A DNA stretch of 57,414 nucleotides, counting the filler, from Dimargaris cristalligena (lineage: Eukaryota), in NCBI GenBank assembly GCA_003614675.1. It is 3 parts of 3 records of this genome, joined end to end, with 100 filler letters (N's around TTAATTAATTAA, not from the genome) between each part and the next. Parts side by side here need not be neighbours in the genome. Positions count along the whole stretch, not along the records: positions 19,219 to 38,271 come from ML002740.1; positions 38,372 to 57,414 come from ML002741.1; 1 more part is not named here. One strand, written 5' to 3'. A model generated the notes under the pieces. That model ran no database searches. It was given only the letters and a program-made list of their open reading frames with translations, and had not been told where the DNA came from. The stretch's first letter is position 1. Every line of letters starts with the position of its first letter. Below, in pieces: positions 36,004 through 49,352 of the stretch. The position numbers were made by a program, and so were the translations under genes.

Positions 36004-38041
36004 GGCTTAGTAACTTTAGCTAGGAAGTACTTGGCTATACTTAATGAGGAATGGGGGTGGTAGACTAAAAGATAGAATCCAGATAGAATACTACGGTATA
36101 TGGGTGGGGATGATGGTTGGTGGGCCGTAACTACGCTTTTATATTGACAGGAAATGTCCGGTTTATTTGGGGCTGCCTAGATTCAGTGCTTGTTGAGGAA
36201 AGTGGTCTGGAGTGCTCTTCGTCAAAAGGACCTATACCCCCCCCCCGCAGCCCACCATTGTCCACCTCTATTTTTAAAGGATGTTCCAGTGTGGCTAATA
36301 TGTTGTTACACTTGCCTGGTACATGTGTAATCCCCTTCGGGCGCTCTCCGTATTAGAGTATAGCATTGCATTCAGCAGATAAAGGGCGCTTACTTGATTT
36401 ACGCCGACATCAATGCCTCATACGAAGGACCTTCGGGCCACTTCCAAATTACCTAAAGGCAAGATTCTATACGAGTCGGGATACCTGCGTTACAGCGAAC
36501 CTCCGAAAGTGACATTTATTGGGCTGAAGGATCTAAAGACTCACTGCGTATTCCCCCATTGTATCCCGTAAATGTTGACGATATCCTTGTCTATGGCAAG
36601 GGTATTTTCTCCCCCATCCACCGACCAAGTTTGGTTGGACAAGTATGATTTAGGGCTGCTTTACAACTTAACATATGGGATGGAGGTGCTGTATATATGG
36701 GCGGTTTTCACCTGCCTTGCTTTCCTCAAAGACCATCGCCCTTCTGTGTCCTACCTTGACCACAGCTACCTTGATAATTTATTGGAATTGCAGTATGTTG
36801 GGTGGTACAGTTGTATGAACTACTGTTCCATTCAATGTTATTCACAGGTCACACTTACTGCCCAATCAGTCACCCGATAAGTCAGAAATATAGTCGATGC
36901 GAACAGTGACGAGCAACTGGTGTTATTGAGTCTGTTGATTTTAAAGGCCGGCTATGGGGAAAAATATACTTCAAGTCAAGTTAGGCAGTCGAAGCTGCAG
37001 AACTAAGCCACCTTGGGTTGAAGCCAAGATGTCACGATGTGGGAGAGGTTTAATCCAATAGTATTGTTACATCTACCCCAGTGGATGAGGCCAATGCTGT
37101 CAATAATGCTACGGTAACACCTCAACTAGGGGAGAATATGTATAGAGACCTAGATAACCAAGGACTAGGTGATCCAGGTACTCCAGCCTTTGATGTGGAC
37201 AGCCCTGTCCACGAAATATAGTAGACCCATGCGCTGACAATTCTTACACTATGGGATACCCTACTGATCCTTACTCAGCGGGGACCCCCATCCCTCCCCT
37301 TCGCCGGGATCTGCGGGAAGCAGCGACCAGCTATCGCTCGCCGAGCCCCAAGAGCAGTTCCTCAAGGAAGCACTTGAAGCCAGTTTAGTCGCCAATGAAC
37401 CCGACGTGTTGGCAGTATATACATTTATCTACCGTACCTTAAATTTGTGGGGCATGGCACAGTCGAGCCAGCACCCCCCGGATAGTACGGTGAACTCTCC
37501 TGGACGCAAACCCAGTGCCGTACCAACGGCCTTCGAAACCCGGTTGGCTCTCCAGGATTGTCAATTTATTGTCAATTTCTATATCAACCAATGGCCCCGT
37601 ATATGGTCAGTGCAGAAAGGGGGACCGCTCTTATCACCCCATTTCCTTTTACTCGCCCGCTCATATTTGCCATAAGGCCGATAGTGGATATCCCCTCCCA
37701 GACCCCTGAGCCCCTGAAGAAGTTGGTACCTGTCTTTGGAGCCATGTCACGAAGGGCTCAACCATGTCATTGGGATTCCATATATCCAATATCAATCGTT
37801 CACGTTTAAACGGCCGGCCTATAAATCGAGTACATAAAATATTATATATCCGGAGGGTCAAAATATTTTCGAGAGGGAAAGTTTGTTTATATTTATATTT
37901 TTGGTATGTATTTGGAATTCGTCGCACAATTAAAATCCCATCAACAACATGCGAATTTTATAGGTGTCACGTGATAGGGATGCCCTCTAGCCTTTCAATG
38001 TGAAACTGAGGGCGTCCATCGCTTGATAAGGGGTTTTATTC

Positions 38042-38110
38042 ATGTGGGTGAAATCCAGCTCAACTGTAAATGATTTGAAAAATAATCTGTATGAGAAAAT
38101 ATGTGGGCAA
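38042..38110 (+). repeat. Degenerate left half of the MITE
   Basis: ATGTGGGTGAAATCCAGCTCAACTGTAAAT...TGTATGAGAAAATATGTGGG resembles the first ~70 nt of the family. A weaker trace of the other end lies at ~37037-37095. Confidence 0.45.
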
Positions 38111-38271
38111 ATTACTGCACGCATATAAAGCCCGCTTAAAGCTATTGATTATACGTTATACTGTTAGAAGCGAATGAGAATGAGCGTGGCTTAATTATTG
38201 AGTGGGTATAATAGTGGTAATTAATAATAGTAGAGGTAGAAGCGGTGGGATTGCTAGTAAACTAAGGAGAC

Positions 38272-38371
38272 NNNNNNNNNNNNNNNNNNNNNNNNNNNNN
38301 NNNNNNNNNNNNNNNTTAATTAATTAANNNNNNNNNNNNNNNNNNNNNNNNNNNNNNNNNNNNNNNNNNNN
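38272..38371. other. Assembly linker (N44-TTAATTAATTAA-N44), contig junction
   Basis: Same structure as the first linker, with the 12-mer at 38316-38327. Confidence 0.97.
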
Positions 38372-41300
38372 GGGGGGGGGGGGGGGTACCATTTGGCGGC
38401 ATTGGGGGTGAATAGGCCATTATCGGATACCAGCGGGGCCGGGTGCACTACCGCTACTGCACCTGGTCTTACGGCGCAGCTTTGGTTGATGAGGCGCTGG
38501 GCGCTGGGGGCGAACACTACCGTGGAGAGATACTTGGGGTTGCGGGGAAGGGCCCGGTCACCATGCAGCATCGCCGGTACATCGGGGAAGAGAACCGGTT
38601 CGATATCTGTAGAGGATGTCGAGGAAGCAGCGGCGCTATGAGTAGCTATATGGCCCAGGCCTAGCTTGGCTAGTGTAAGGGCCCGGAGCAGTGATCTGCG
38701 CTGGTCCTCTACCTGGGCCAGAGCAGTCAGGGTACGCAAGCGGTCCTCGCGGAGCTTGGGGGTAAAATTGTAGAAATGGACCGTGCAGGACCCGTTGACG
38801 AACCGCAGAATCATAAGTCGCGAATGACTGGGTCGACGGGGGCCATGCCGGCCGGACGCAGTTTCGCCCAAAGTGGCCTGGGAGGGGAACGGGTATTGAT
38901 TGGTAGTCGGTTGCGTTTGGTTAGGGGGGGTAGGGCGTATGCGACGCCGATGAGGTGGGGGGACCTGGGATTGAGGGGTCCCACCAACCTGCCGGAGATT
39001 GGGCCGCACTGCGATTAGACCCGTCGTCGGAAAATACCGCACCACTTATATACTCCGTCGACCGGGTTCCGCGAACCTCGGCTAATCGCTGCCCAACACT
39101 ATGGACGCGGCCGTGGTCTAAAATAGCGCTGCGGACCCCGGGTCGTTTGAGCTCACTCGTGAGCCCATCCGGGCTGGCTGGGAAGCCGAGGCTCCAGCCC
39201 CGGGGTGAATTGATTTCGCCGGTGCTAATACTATGGAGCAGGGCATGATCACCTCCTGCTCCCACTCCTACAGGGGTCCGGCCAGTGGGGGTGCCGGCTA
39301 CTAGGTTACCGGATAAGTTAGGGTCGGAGATACAAGTATGTCGGTCCGATCGCCGAGGGTACTGAAAGCCAGTGGCCACGGGTCCCGAATCGGAATCATT
39401 ATCCGAACGGGCTATCGCAACCAGGGCGTAGTCGTGCAGGTAACTCAGGGTATCGTCAGTCCGGAACGGGGAGGCCACGGTATCCTGGTGGTCCCGTAAA
39501 TCTAACTCGCGAAAGGATTCGGTATCCGAACGGGATTTGACAAACCCCCGAATACTCCGATCCTGGGCGGGGCCACATACCCCACGGGCGATGCCCAATA
39601 AAGCGTGACCGACCCGACTTGGGACCAATGGAAAGGGGGGTTGGACCCGCGTGCAAAAGTGGCAGCTCGTTTGTTGCATGGTTTCCAATAAAGCCCATCC
39701 GGCTGGTCGTACTAGTAGAGGGCAGGGTAGTGTCGGTCGATTCGTCGCTCCCGTTGCGATACCGGTAGTGGCGGGCATAGAACCAGCAGTAGCCGACGAA
39801 GGTGGTTGCACATTAGTGGGGGATGGTGGTTCGGAGGCACGCGCACTGTCAATCCAAAGCGATGATTCCATGAGGAAGGTGCATACAGCGTGTTGGAATA
39901 ATTGGAACAGCGCATCACGGGCCGAGTCATCACTGACGGCCCCCGCACTCCACAAATCAATCGATATCCGAACCGGGCAGGCCCCATCCCACATTGGCAC
40001 TGAACTAGCGGTTGTTTCGGTATCCCCGGGCTGCAGTCGGAATGCATTGAATTCGTGAACCATTGCCTCCCAGGCCTCGGTAGTCGGGGCTTCGCAGTAG
40101 TCCGCCTCATTGATCAAGCAGCCTTGGGCATTGACCAGGGCGGTATGGAGAGAGAGAACCCCGGACCCGAGTCGGAGCCGGGCCTGACTGCTGGGAACAT
40201 TGGATCCATTGTAGAAGAAGAGGAAGTCCTCGAGAGGGATGTCCGTTAGTTTCCTTTCGGGTGATACATCTTCCCCAAACCGGGGCGCAATAGACGCGGG
40301 AGGTCCTCCTTCGGACGAACTCACCGATGATGGTTGTTGATGTTGATATTGCCGTTGCTGGAACCGGTAGTGATGCCGGTTCAGAATGGCCGGAAGACAG
40401 TGGCCGGCGTACGGGCGCAGGTGGTGAGTGATAATATACCGGAAATAACGGAGCAACAAATACGGGTCGTATAGCCGGGGGTGCAACTGGATATAAAAAC
40501 GGCGGTGGGCCCCCAATTGGGACTCCATTAGGAACTGCAGGTCCTCCGAGGATACTTCATTGGAAGTGAGAAGGTATTTCTTGATGGCCGGGAGGACTAC
40601 CTTCCGCTCTAGGCAATCAGTCACGTCCTGGATAAAATCAGTGACACTCGGGTTATCCCGATCCCGCACACCAAATACCTCGACACATAACTGGCGTTTG
40701 GGGAGACGCATGTGGGCCGCCGAGTGGTGACCGGGGGGGTGTTTAGCGGCGAATTGTAAGAGGCTAGTGAGGGACTGTTCATGAGTCGTCGAACGACGGA
40801 GAAAACCAGCTGTGCCGCCACCCATATCGGCACCTGAACCAGAGCCAGCAGTGGGGGGATCAGAGCCCACTGCGGCAGTATTATAAGCGGTGGCAGCTTG
40901 GGAATCGGTACCTGGTTCGGGTTCAATGGTCTGGCGCTCACTGATAGTGGCGAAATAAACCGGGTCGGTTTGGGTGATGAGGAACATTTCTTCCTTATCA
41001 TGAATTTGCAGGGAACTGTACCGGCTGCGAAGAGTGCGGAATGCGGCTAAAGGGGGCAGCCGTGGATGGAGGTCAAAACATTCGTAGCGCAGGCGCGGAC
41101 ATTGGAATTCGCCCGGTTTATACTTACGGCTTACGCCAAGATCCATAAAGAAGGGGTGACCTGCTGCCGCGCTGGCCGGGGGTTGTCTTTCCTCCGATGT
41201 ACCCAAAGGCGAAAAATCGTGAGTATCCGACGAAAGACCGCCACTGCCGCTCTGTCCACTTAGGCCTTCGGAACTGCCCGTTCCGTCCTCGGTGGAAGTG

Positions 41301-44300
41301 GTATACGTGGATTGAAGGGATGAGGCCAATGAATCTGCCGCCATATTGTCGCTGGGGGAGATGGATCTGGCCGAAAGGACCGGGGAGATGGACGAGGGCA
41401 ATGTCTGCTGCTGGGACAGAATGGAGCGACCGCTCCGGTCGGTTTCTAACGATCCCGCCATTCCCGGTTCGGCCCGGTGCAGAGTTGCTTCGACGGGGAG
41501 CACGAGTAAATTATCGCAGCGACGCTCCATACCGAGGCGCCGCAATAGCAATAGCTGGTTAGTCAAAAAATTGATATCCTTGAATACCGGGCTAAGCATC
41601 AGGGCCGCGTTGTGCAAATCCTCCGGAGCAGTTGGCCCATAGGAGAGTCGGGTCAAATCACGCTGACGGTGGGTGGTTAAGAGCAACCAAAACGAACGCT
41701 TTCGGTACTTTTTAGGCCCACATAGAGCCCGGCGGTGGCGGGGGTGAGGGGTTAAGGAATTATTATATCGAGGCTCGATGTCCTCCCCATCTCCGTCTTC
41801 GGCTTGGCTATCCGTATGACCGCTGTTATCATCAACATAGGGAATAGTGGCACTGCCTGCACCATGGGGTTCCACTTTCTCCACGTACACGATACGATTG
41901 TGCCGCACAAACCGGTACGGTTCGATATCCCGTTTGAGCAGCTCCTCCATAAAGACCTTCATCCGGTCCCGCTCTGGGCGAACGAATTGCAGGCCGTATT
42001 CACGGACGTATTCGGTACCGATGGGGTCCCAGGCCCGGCGCTGGCGGATATTGGACTCCAGCATCTTGAGAATCGGGTACGTTATTTGTTCACAATACAT
42101 CATACCATTCAGAATCTCCCGGTTCATCACCTGCTGGGCCGTGCGGATGACAGCAGCAATGTCCTCGCACTTGATATGGGGTAAGTACTTTTCGAGGGTA
42201 CATTGGAATTTAGTCAGTTCCGATTCGCTAGACAGCGGGTGGCGTAGATCCATGCTCGTAGGCCGGGGCGACGGCTCGTTGGGATCGGCCGCAGCGGGCG
42301 TAAGCACCATGCAGCGGAAATGAAGGATCACATCCACATCGTCATTGGCGGCCGTGTGATTGAAACATTCCGTGATATTGTTTGGGGTGAAATCGTAGTT
42401 CCTCCCTTCATGGGTAAACTCGAACGAGGTGGGTAAGTCACGCACTGGGACGGTGTACGACTCAATAGGCGGCGGTGGAGGCGGAGGAGGAGATGGTACA
42501 CTATCCACCGCAGCATCCGAGGGGGTCGGCTCCGTAGGATAGGCAGGTGACAGTTCGGTTTGGGAGGGACGCCGGAAAGTACACTCTAGTGCCACTAAGA
42601 GGGGGGCCTGGGCACATTCCATGAAGACACCAAAGGGTTTCATAAGGTTCTTGGCAGACTTCTTCCCATCCTTTAGTAGATTTTGAAGTTCATTCTGCAT
42701 CTGAACGAACCGGGCGGGGCGGTAGAGATAAACATTGGGGTAACGCTGGGAGCCCAACGACTCAAAATTCTCCAACATGGCATCCGCAAACTCCCTCTGG
42801 ATGGCCGCGTGTTGTTCGTTATCGGGACCTTCATTGTGCAACCGGAAGAGCTGGGCCCGCAGGTAGGAAGTTAAGTTAATGTTCACCACGTAGGAATGGA
42901 AGAACGGGAGGATACTATCCACTTCGAGGGCCGGTACCGGGCGGCGCCAGAGGAGGGCGCTATAAACGGCCTTGCAATACGCCTGCTGGTGGATAGTTTC
43001 CAAACTAGCTAGGAAATCCGGCGGCGATGGGGGAGGGTCAGCGGGGTCTGCAGGGTTGGAGCACCGGATCTCCCAACTGTCTATTTCCTTTACCTTGGAC
43101 TCAGTCGGAAGAATAGCCGTGGGGTACACGTCAAAATGTAAGGGGCGTCGACTGGCCACCAACCGGGCCTCCACTGCCAAACTACTCTCATGGGCCTCTA
43201 CCACCAATAGGCGCGAGCAGGCCCAATTGCCGGGGATTCCCGGAGGACCGGTATCCGACATGGTGTCGGGACGGGGATGACAGGTCACCGAAAATGAATC
43301 AGCAACCAAATCGCCCTGGTATTTGGTGGTAGGGGAAGGAATGGGATCCGCGGAACTCTCGGGGGCCCCGAATAACTCCAGGAGACCGAAAGAACTGCTG
43401 GGGCGGCTTAGACTATCAAGTGTACTGGGGGTTTCAATGGGTTCAGAAACCTCACTGGCATTATCTTCCTCGGACTCGCCCGCCACTAGGATGGCGGGAG
43501 GCACGTCAAGATTATCGCTAGCCACTGGACTTGGCTCTACTGCGGGAGAAGACGGGTCCGACAGGGACGGGGAAGCTGGATTCCCCAGTGTCAGTCCATG
43601 GTGGGTGACTAACATGACCGACCGGGTATCTGCAAACCGCCGCACGAACCAAAGTTGCTGCCGTTGGTGCACGCCATCAGCACCTTCCATTAATGGGCCC
43701 GGGGTTTCTCCGCCCCCGACCAACTGGGGGTTTTCAAATAGATATTCTGGAGTGGGTCGCCCATTGCGATTGGCCATGTACTGCAGAACACCGTCCACGT
43801 AACTCTGGAAGGCCGGCTCAGGTTCCGTCACCACAGCCGCATCGGTTTCATTCAGCATCGACTGCTCAAAGAACATTTTGGTCGAGAAAGTGATAAACTG
43901 TTCGGAGTCGCGTAGGGAGCACCAGTGTAGGAATACGCTGGCAAAAGCGTCCACCTGGTGGGTGTCGTTACGGAAGGCGTGCAGGAGGGGTCGGCGTACC
44001 CGAGCCAGTTTGGCTGTGGTCTGAATATCCAAGGTCTTGTCACCCTGGGCATAGCGCCGGAGTTCGTGGGCCTCGAGAATAACACCGGCCGCCGACCGAG
44101 TCATTCGAGGTGCGGTCCCAATTTTGACCGGGGTGGACTCGTGCTCGGTCGCGTTGGAGGGATCCCTGTCCTGCGATTCCTCCCGCCACACCCGGGGTCC
44201 AACGTGGAGAACCCATAATTTGTTAAGCGGTAGGAGGGCCCTTAGGCTAAAGAACTGGTCGTCCACTATATCGTCCGGCCCATCAAAGGAGGGACTGTAC

Positions 44301-47300
44301 CCGTACGTGTAGCGGAAAGCGAGGCCGGGGGAAAATACACCGTGGAAGGACATATAGCCGGGTATTAACGATGCTCCGAGGTGGATACTCTGGTCGGGTT
44401 GGGCCGCCACGGCAAGGTCAAAAGATACGGGTTCCTGCCACTCCTGCTCGGACAAAAGACCCCCGGTCGAATCCAAGCGGACCACGGTTTCGTGCATATT
44501 CCTCAACGGCGTGACTTGGTCCAAGATTCCGTCGTGGTAGAAGACCATTTCCTCGGGTCGGTAGTGGGTCAATAGGAAACCGCGACTCAGGTTTTCCACG
44601 TAAATGAGGTGGTAGAGTTGCTGGGCAAAGGGTGCGATGATCTGGTGGAGGGCCTCCTCCTCGATGACTTCGGGCCGCGGGGATACCAGCGGAAAGGCGG
44701 TGTCGCCGTCGAGGCTAGCGGTATCTGATGTAGGAGACACTACCGCGCGACGGGGGTCCAAGCTTACTTGCCAAGACCGATAGGTCCATGACCCGACGGA
44801 CTCCGCGGTGAGCCGGAACATGGGGATGTGCTGGGAATTGGGCGCCATATTGAGGTAGTCCAGGGAGCGCGGGGTGGATGCAATGGGTCGAGTGATTAGC
44901 ACAACCTCGTCCACTCCGCCCTGCTTACGGAAACTATCCACCAGACGGGGGAAATCGCCCAGGATCCGCCGCCGCCCATCAAAACTCAGGTTGTAGAAGA
45001 AAATATCCAAATATACAATCCAGTTTTCCCCAAAACACCATTCATGGACGCAGAAATTAATGGACGGCTGCTCCCGGCTAAAATTGTTGTGCCAGAAACT
45101 GGCGTAGGAATTGCTGCCAATGGAGGATGCTTTCCAGTGGGACACAATGTAGGTCTGGAGCTCGACTAGTTTGGTGTGGGCCCGTTGGTTCAGATCCTGC
45201 CAGCTGGGAAATGGCGTATCCCCCCGGCAGTCGTGGGGAACGAACGCCACGGCGAAGTTGAAGCGGCGTTTTGCGAAATAGATCATGTCCCGCCACTCGG
45301 GGTCCCAGCGGGCTCTCAGAAATTCGAGTACCTGCGAGGCCGTCGGTACTTCAGATACCGGAGCCGAAGGCAGCTGGCTTCGCAGGCTGTTGTTGGATGC
45401 ATTACGGGACGATGCATTCGATGGCCCCAGTCGCTGGCCCGGTCGACGCTGGGTCTCGGCCGCAATGGACGACGAGGCCGATGATGAGGACTGGATATAG
45501 TAGGGTAGGATCCCCGATAGGGTTCGTAGCATAATGTCGCGCTGGGCTATCCGTTCCAGGAAAACTTCCAGATTGAGAATCTTTTTGCGTAAGGTGACGG
45601 TGTGGAAGTCATCGTCATCGCTGAGCCGGGCCAAGACAATACCGAAGGTGCTGAAAGGTTTAATATCAATATTAATATTGTACTGCCAGTGTGACCGACC
45701 GGAAACCGTGGAATCTATAGCGTGCATGGGTGTGATTTGGTACTGGATAGTGACGTTGGGGTAATAGACCATCTCCAGGATAATCATGAGGGGCTTCTGG
45801 GTCTGCGAGGGGGCTTGACTATTGCTTGCTTCTAGGGGGACGGGAGCTACTTTCCGTAAACAGAACCCCTCTTTGAGGCGGCCTTCTATGATCATGTAGA
45901 GGGGAACACTCAGCATGTATTCCCGCCAGCGGGTGCGGGTAATATCCACCTGGGGCGGCAGACTGTGGGGATTCCAGGGAAACTTTTCGAACCACCGACT
46001 GATGTCAAAGTGGCGGTTGACCATTTTATTGGTCTTCTCGCGGGGCTCGTCCAAGAAACGGGGTTCGCCCCGGTTAGCCAAATTGTAGAGAGACAGGTTA
46101 CCGGTGGGGGGCACTAACTGGGTTTCCTTGATGAGAATGCACAGGTGATAGAGGTTAGGGGCGGGAGCGGTGGGGGCGTCGAGTTCAGTGGCGGTCCAAG
46201 AAATGGCGGGGCAGTCGTCGGCGTAGAGAAACGACCCATCCAAAGTGGCAGCTAGAAAGCGGGTCGCTTTATTATCGGGGAGATGGCCAAAATTGGCTTC
46301 GACATTCGAACCCAGGCAACTCCCCACCTGGATGAATAAGAACTTGGTATCAAGGCGATTTAGGGCACTGGTTAAAAAGGCCAGTTGGTCGAGACCGGTA
46401 TTGGAGCGGACAATGGAGTCGCCAATATGGACCACCACTGGGGCGCAGTCCGAAGGCATTAGGGCCAACTTATAATCGGCCGTATCCAATGCCAGGGTGA
46501 CATAGTTGTCCACTTTGGTTTCGGGGTGGGGCGACTGGCCGTTGACGGGAGAGCCTTGGGCCCCAGCAGCCGTGAGATCCACCTGGGCATTGATCCGCTC
46601 GTTGATAAGGTCGTGGGCATTCTGAAGGATATAATGGATGGTGTCGGGTCGGAGTTCGGTGACTAGCATATCGTGGGTCAATCGGGGGGTGTCCGATGTG
46701 TTATTGAAGGACTGCTCAGCGGCTAAGCCTGAAATGGCGAATGTCACGAAGATCTGGGGGCGGCCCCACGGAGGGGCTTGGAGGAGGCCCTTAAGACACC
46801 GTTTGAAGGTGAGAAAGGCCTGGCGGAGAAGCATCTGTCCGCTTTGGGTATCAATGGTGTACATGGAGGGGCTTCCGTCAATCAAAAACACGACTTTGTA
46901 TTTGCGGCGCACGGTATAGAAGGTGGTCTTCTTGGTGAAGCGGTATTTGCGAAGGAGAAAAGGGGGGTCGGGGCTGGCCGGAGATTTATCGGCAGCCTTC
47001 AAGGTATGGAGCCAGTCGAAGCCGTTCTTGACATCAACATTGATAATTCGGATATTGTGGTTCTACAGACCCGTGGGAATGGCGGGGGGGGAGTGGTAAT
47101 AAACGGAAGAAAGGAATGATGAATACAGGGATCCGGGGGGTGTCGAAAGTTCCAGCGTCTCTGGCAAACGAATGGAAAACACAGTCTGAATATGGACATG
47201 GATATAGGTAGATAAAAAACAACTAGTATAATCTAACAAATGGGCCGTACCTGGATAGCCAAAGGGCTCACGGAATGGTAGAGGTGCCGAATGATCCACT

Positions 47301-47585
47301 CCTCATGGTCGTTGCGCTGGATACCCCGGGTATCCCGAGTTTCGAGCAACACGGCCCGGGCGAAATTGACCACATCCTAGGGGGATTAAGTAATTAGCAG
47401 AATAATGTCGGGGGCAATGGATAAGACACGTGGTTAACGCAGGGCAGAATATTGGGGCAGGCGCCCCGGCCTTTGGCCTAGGGTGATATATACCCCCACC
47501 TGAACAGCATAGTCGCCGGCGGGGCTGTACGGGTAGTGACCAGGGTTCAGTGACTTACTTTGGTGCGCCGGGGTTTGTTCGACAT
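38372..47585 (-). CDS. SZT2: KICSTOR scaffold SZT2 homologue, 3'-truncated by the contig end; tentative exons 47585-47559, 47376-47251, 47062 onward, with a frame break near 38921-38930
   Basis: Exon 2 (ARAVLLETRDTRGIQRNDHEEWIIRHLYHSV) and the start of the large exon (YRFTKKTTFYTVRRKYKVVFLIDGSPSMYTIDTQSGQMLL...FKRCLKGLL; FIQVG...NFGHLPD; RLKEGF) follow the SZT2 N-terminal pattern. The downstream frame 39045-38372 has RLMILRF...HFYNF...LAKLGL, resembling SZT2 C-terminal blocks. Splice sites: AAA|GTAAGT, TAG|GAT, CAG|GTACGG, TAG|AAC. Confidence 0.82.
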
Positions 47586-48782
47586 GGCCGCCGGGACTGA
47601 GGCGATTACGGACCAGGCGGCAAACGGTCAGTATATGACTGGAAACCCTGACAATGGCCGAGGGATAAAACGGTGACTGGATGAGAGGGCGAAGGGTAAG
47701 CAAAACAAGAGAAGCTGAGAAAGTAGAGAATGGAATAACAGCGGGCTTTTCCTGAAAACAGGGCAATGGAGCGGGAAGATAAAGAAATGTGTTAGTCCAT
47801 GCTAAGGCTTATTACGGCCATGTTGACCTTACGCCAAAGTGCACCAGTGTCCTCCTTTTACTCACACACACCCATTCGATATAGGAGGCCAGAGTGTGAT
47901 TGTCCCACGGCGGGTCTCCTCCTCCTCCCTATATCCCTGATTCAGGATCAAGCTGCTTTACAGTGACTTCTGCTAAGTTCTAACCCCCCCCTCCTACTGT
48001 ACAACCCTTTACTTAATCACCAGTAGAAATCTGTCCCCAAAACAACCTTCAAACCACCACAACCCCCTAGAAAAGGGGCTATAGGTAGAAGAGAGGAGGG
48101 GTTTCATTGCAAAGACATCTAAATGCTGATCTATAAACTGGCCAGGTGTTTACCACCAATGATTTCAGGATAATATAGAGTATAGTGGTCTAACCCCTCT
48201 ATTTACCTATTTACCATTGCTGAACACCCATCGAAAACCGCAATAGAAGCGTAAGACTTGTTCCAGTGGCCATAAACGGAGAACGCCGATTCAATACGAG
48301 CCTTTGCTTTAACATGTATAGGATTTGGGTATACCCGGGACATCCTTATAGCTGCAGTTTTAGTCCACGGAGCAGCTTCACCTTTCCTTGGGGGTATTTC
48401 TGGGTGATAATGGAGAAATATCGTACCCCCCCACAGCATCAATAGCCAAAGTCCCCCTTTCCCCAACCTATTGAAGTCTATGGAAGGACACAGTGGGCAA
48501 ATAGGCGGCAATCCACGCTTTGCTGGGTTATGTTATATTGGGAGCCTTGCCCATCCCTTTCTCTAACCAGCGACTCAGGTGCCCCTTTGTATGACTTGGA
48601 TTACAGGCGACGGAATTCATCAACCGCCTCGACATTTCCAGCTTCTCTAACCTACCCAATATACACGATCCTTCTATAGCCCATTGAGTTGTTCACCGAA
48701 ATTCCCCAGTTTTGGTACAGCCACCTCCCGTTATTTATTTTTTTATTTGCTTCTATCCACTGCTTCGTCTCTCCCTTACACT

Positions 48783-49352
48783 ATGAGTTCCCTCACTCCC
48801 CATACTAAGCAAGTGTGTGGTCTCTATCGCCAGGCGCTCCGCTCTACGCTTGATTGGATCGTCGAACGTGACCAATGGCGCCAGTGTGCCGTCTCAATTC
48901 GTCTGCGCATCGAGGAGAACCGGCATGTGTCGGATCCCCGGGCCGTGGCTCACTTGCTCAAGAATTTCCGCGCCGAGGTGGCCGAATTAGCCCATCCGGA
49001 GCCCTACAGACGTAAGTTCTTTCTCTTGGTGTACACGTTGACTGTACTTAATGATCCAGACCCTGAGTCACCACTCAAATTAGTTGGGGCCAGAGCCACA
49101 GCTGTGGTACTAAGGTACACATGGCCATTGGACGCGAATTTCATATTGAGAGATCTATATTTGAGTAGACCCACATTCTCTACATTTGCCTAATGCTTCA
49201 AACCCACTAAAACCCCCTATGATGTATATATTCGCTTCTGCCATTCTCAATTACCTAACATTAATGCAATAGCGCCTTCGGCTCCTGGCGGTAACTTGTG
49301 GGAGCGCAACAAGCTCTGGGAAAACGGCCCACCCCCCGAACTCCTCAAATAG
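48783..49352 (+). CDS. NDUFB9: Complex I subunit B22 (LYR family); exons 48783-49011 and 49273-49352 (102 aa)
   Basis: MSSLTPHTKQVCGLYRQALRSTLDW...R..IEENR...HPEPYR|PPSAPGGNLWERN: the LYR motif plus the HP-x-PY and PGG-x-x-W/Y-ERN signature. Phase-1 intron C|GTAAGT...TAG. Confidence 0.92.

Noticed and set aside
48684-49193. 169-aa ORF as the NDUFB9 product
   Set aside because: It starts at an upstream TTG and reads into the intron. The spliced 102-aa model restores the PGG..WERN motif.
12681-49352. Cluster of 'animal-like' genes (INTS7, SZT2) as a linked system
   Set aside because: They lie on different contigs joined artificially.
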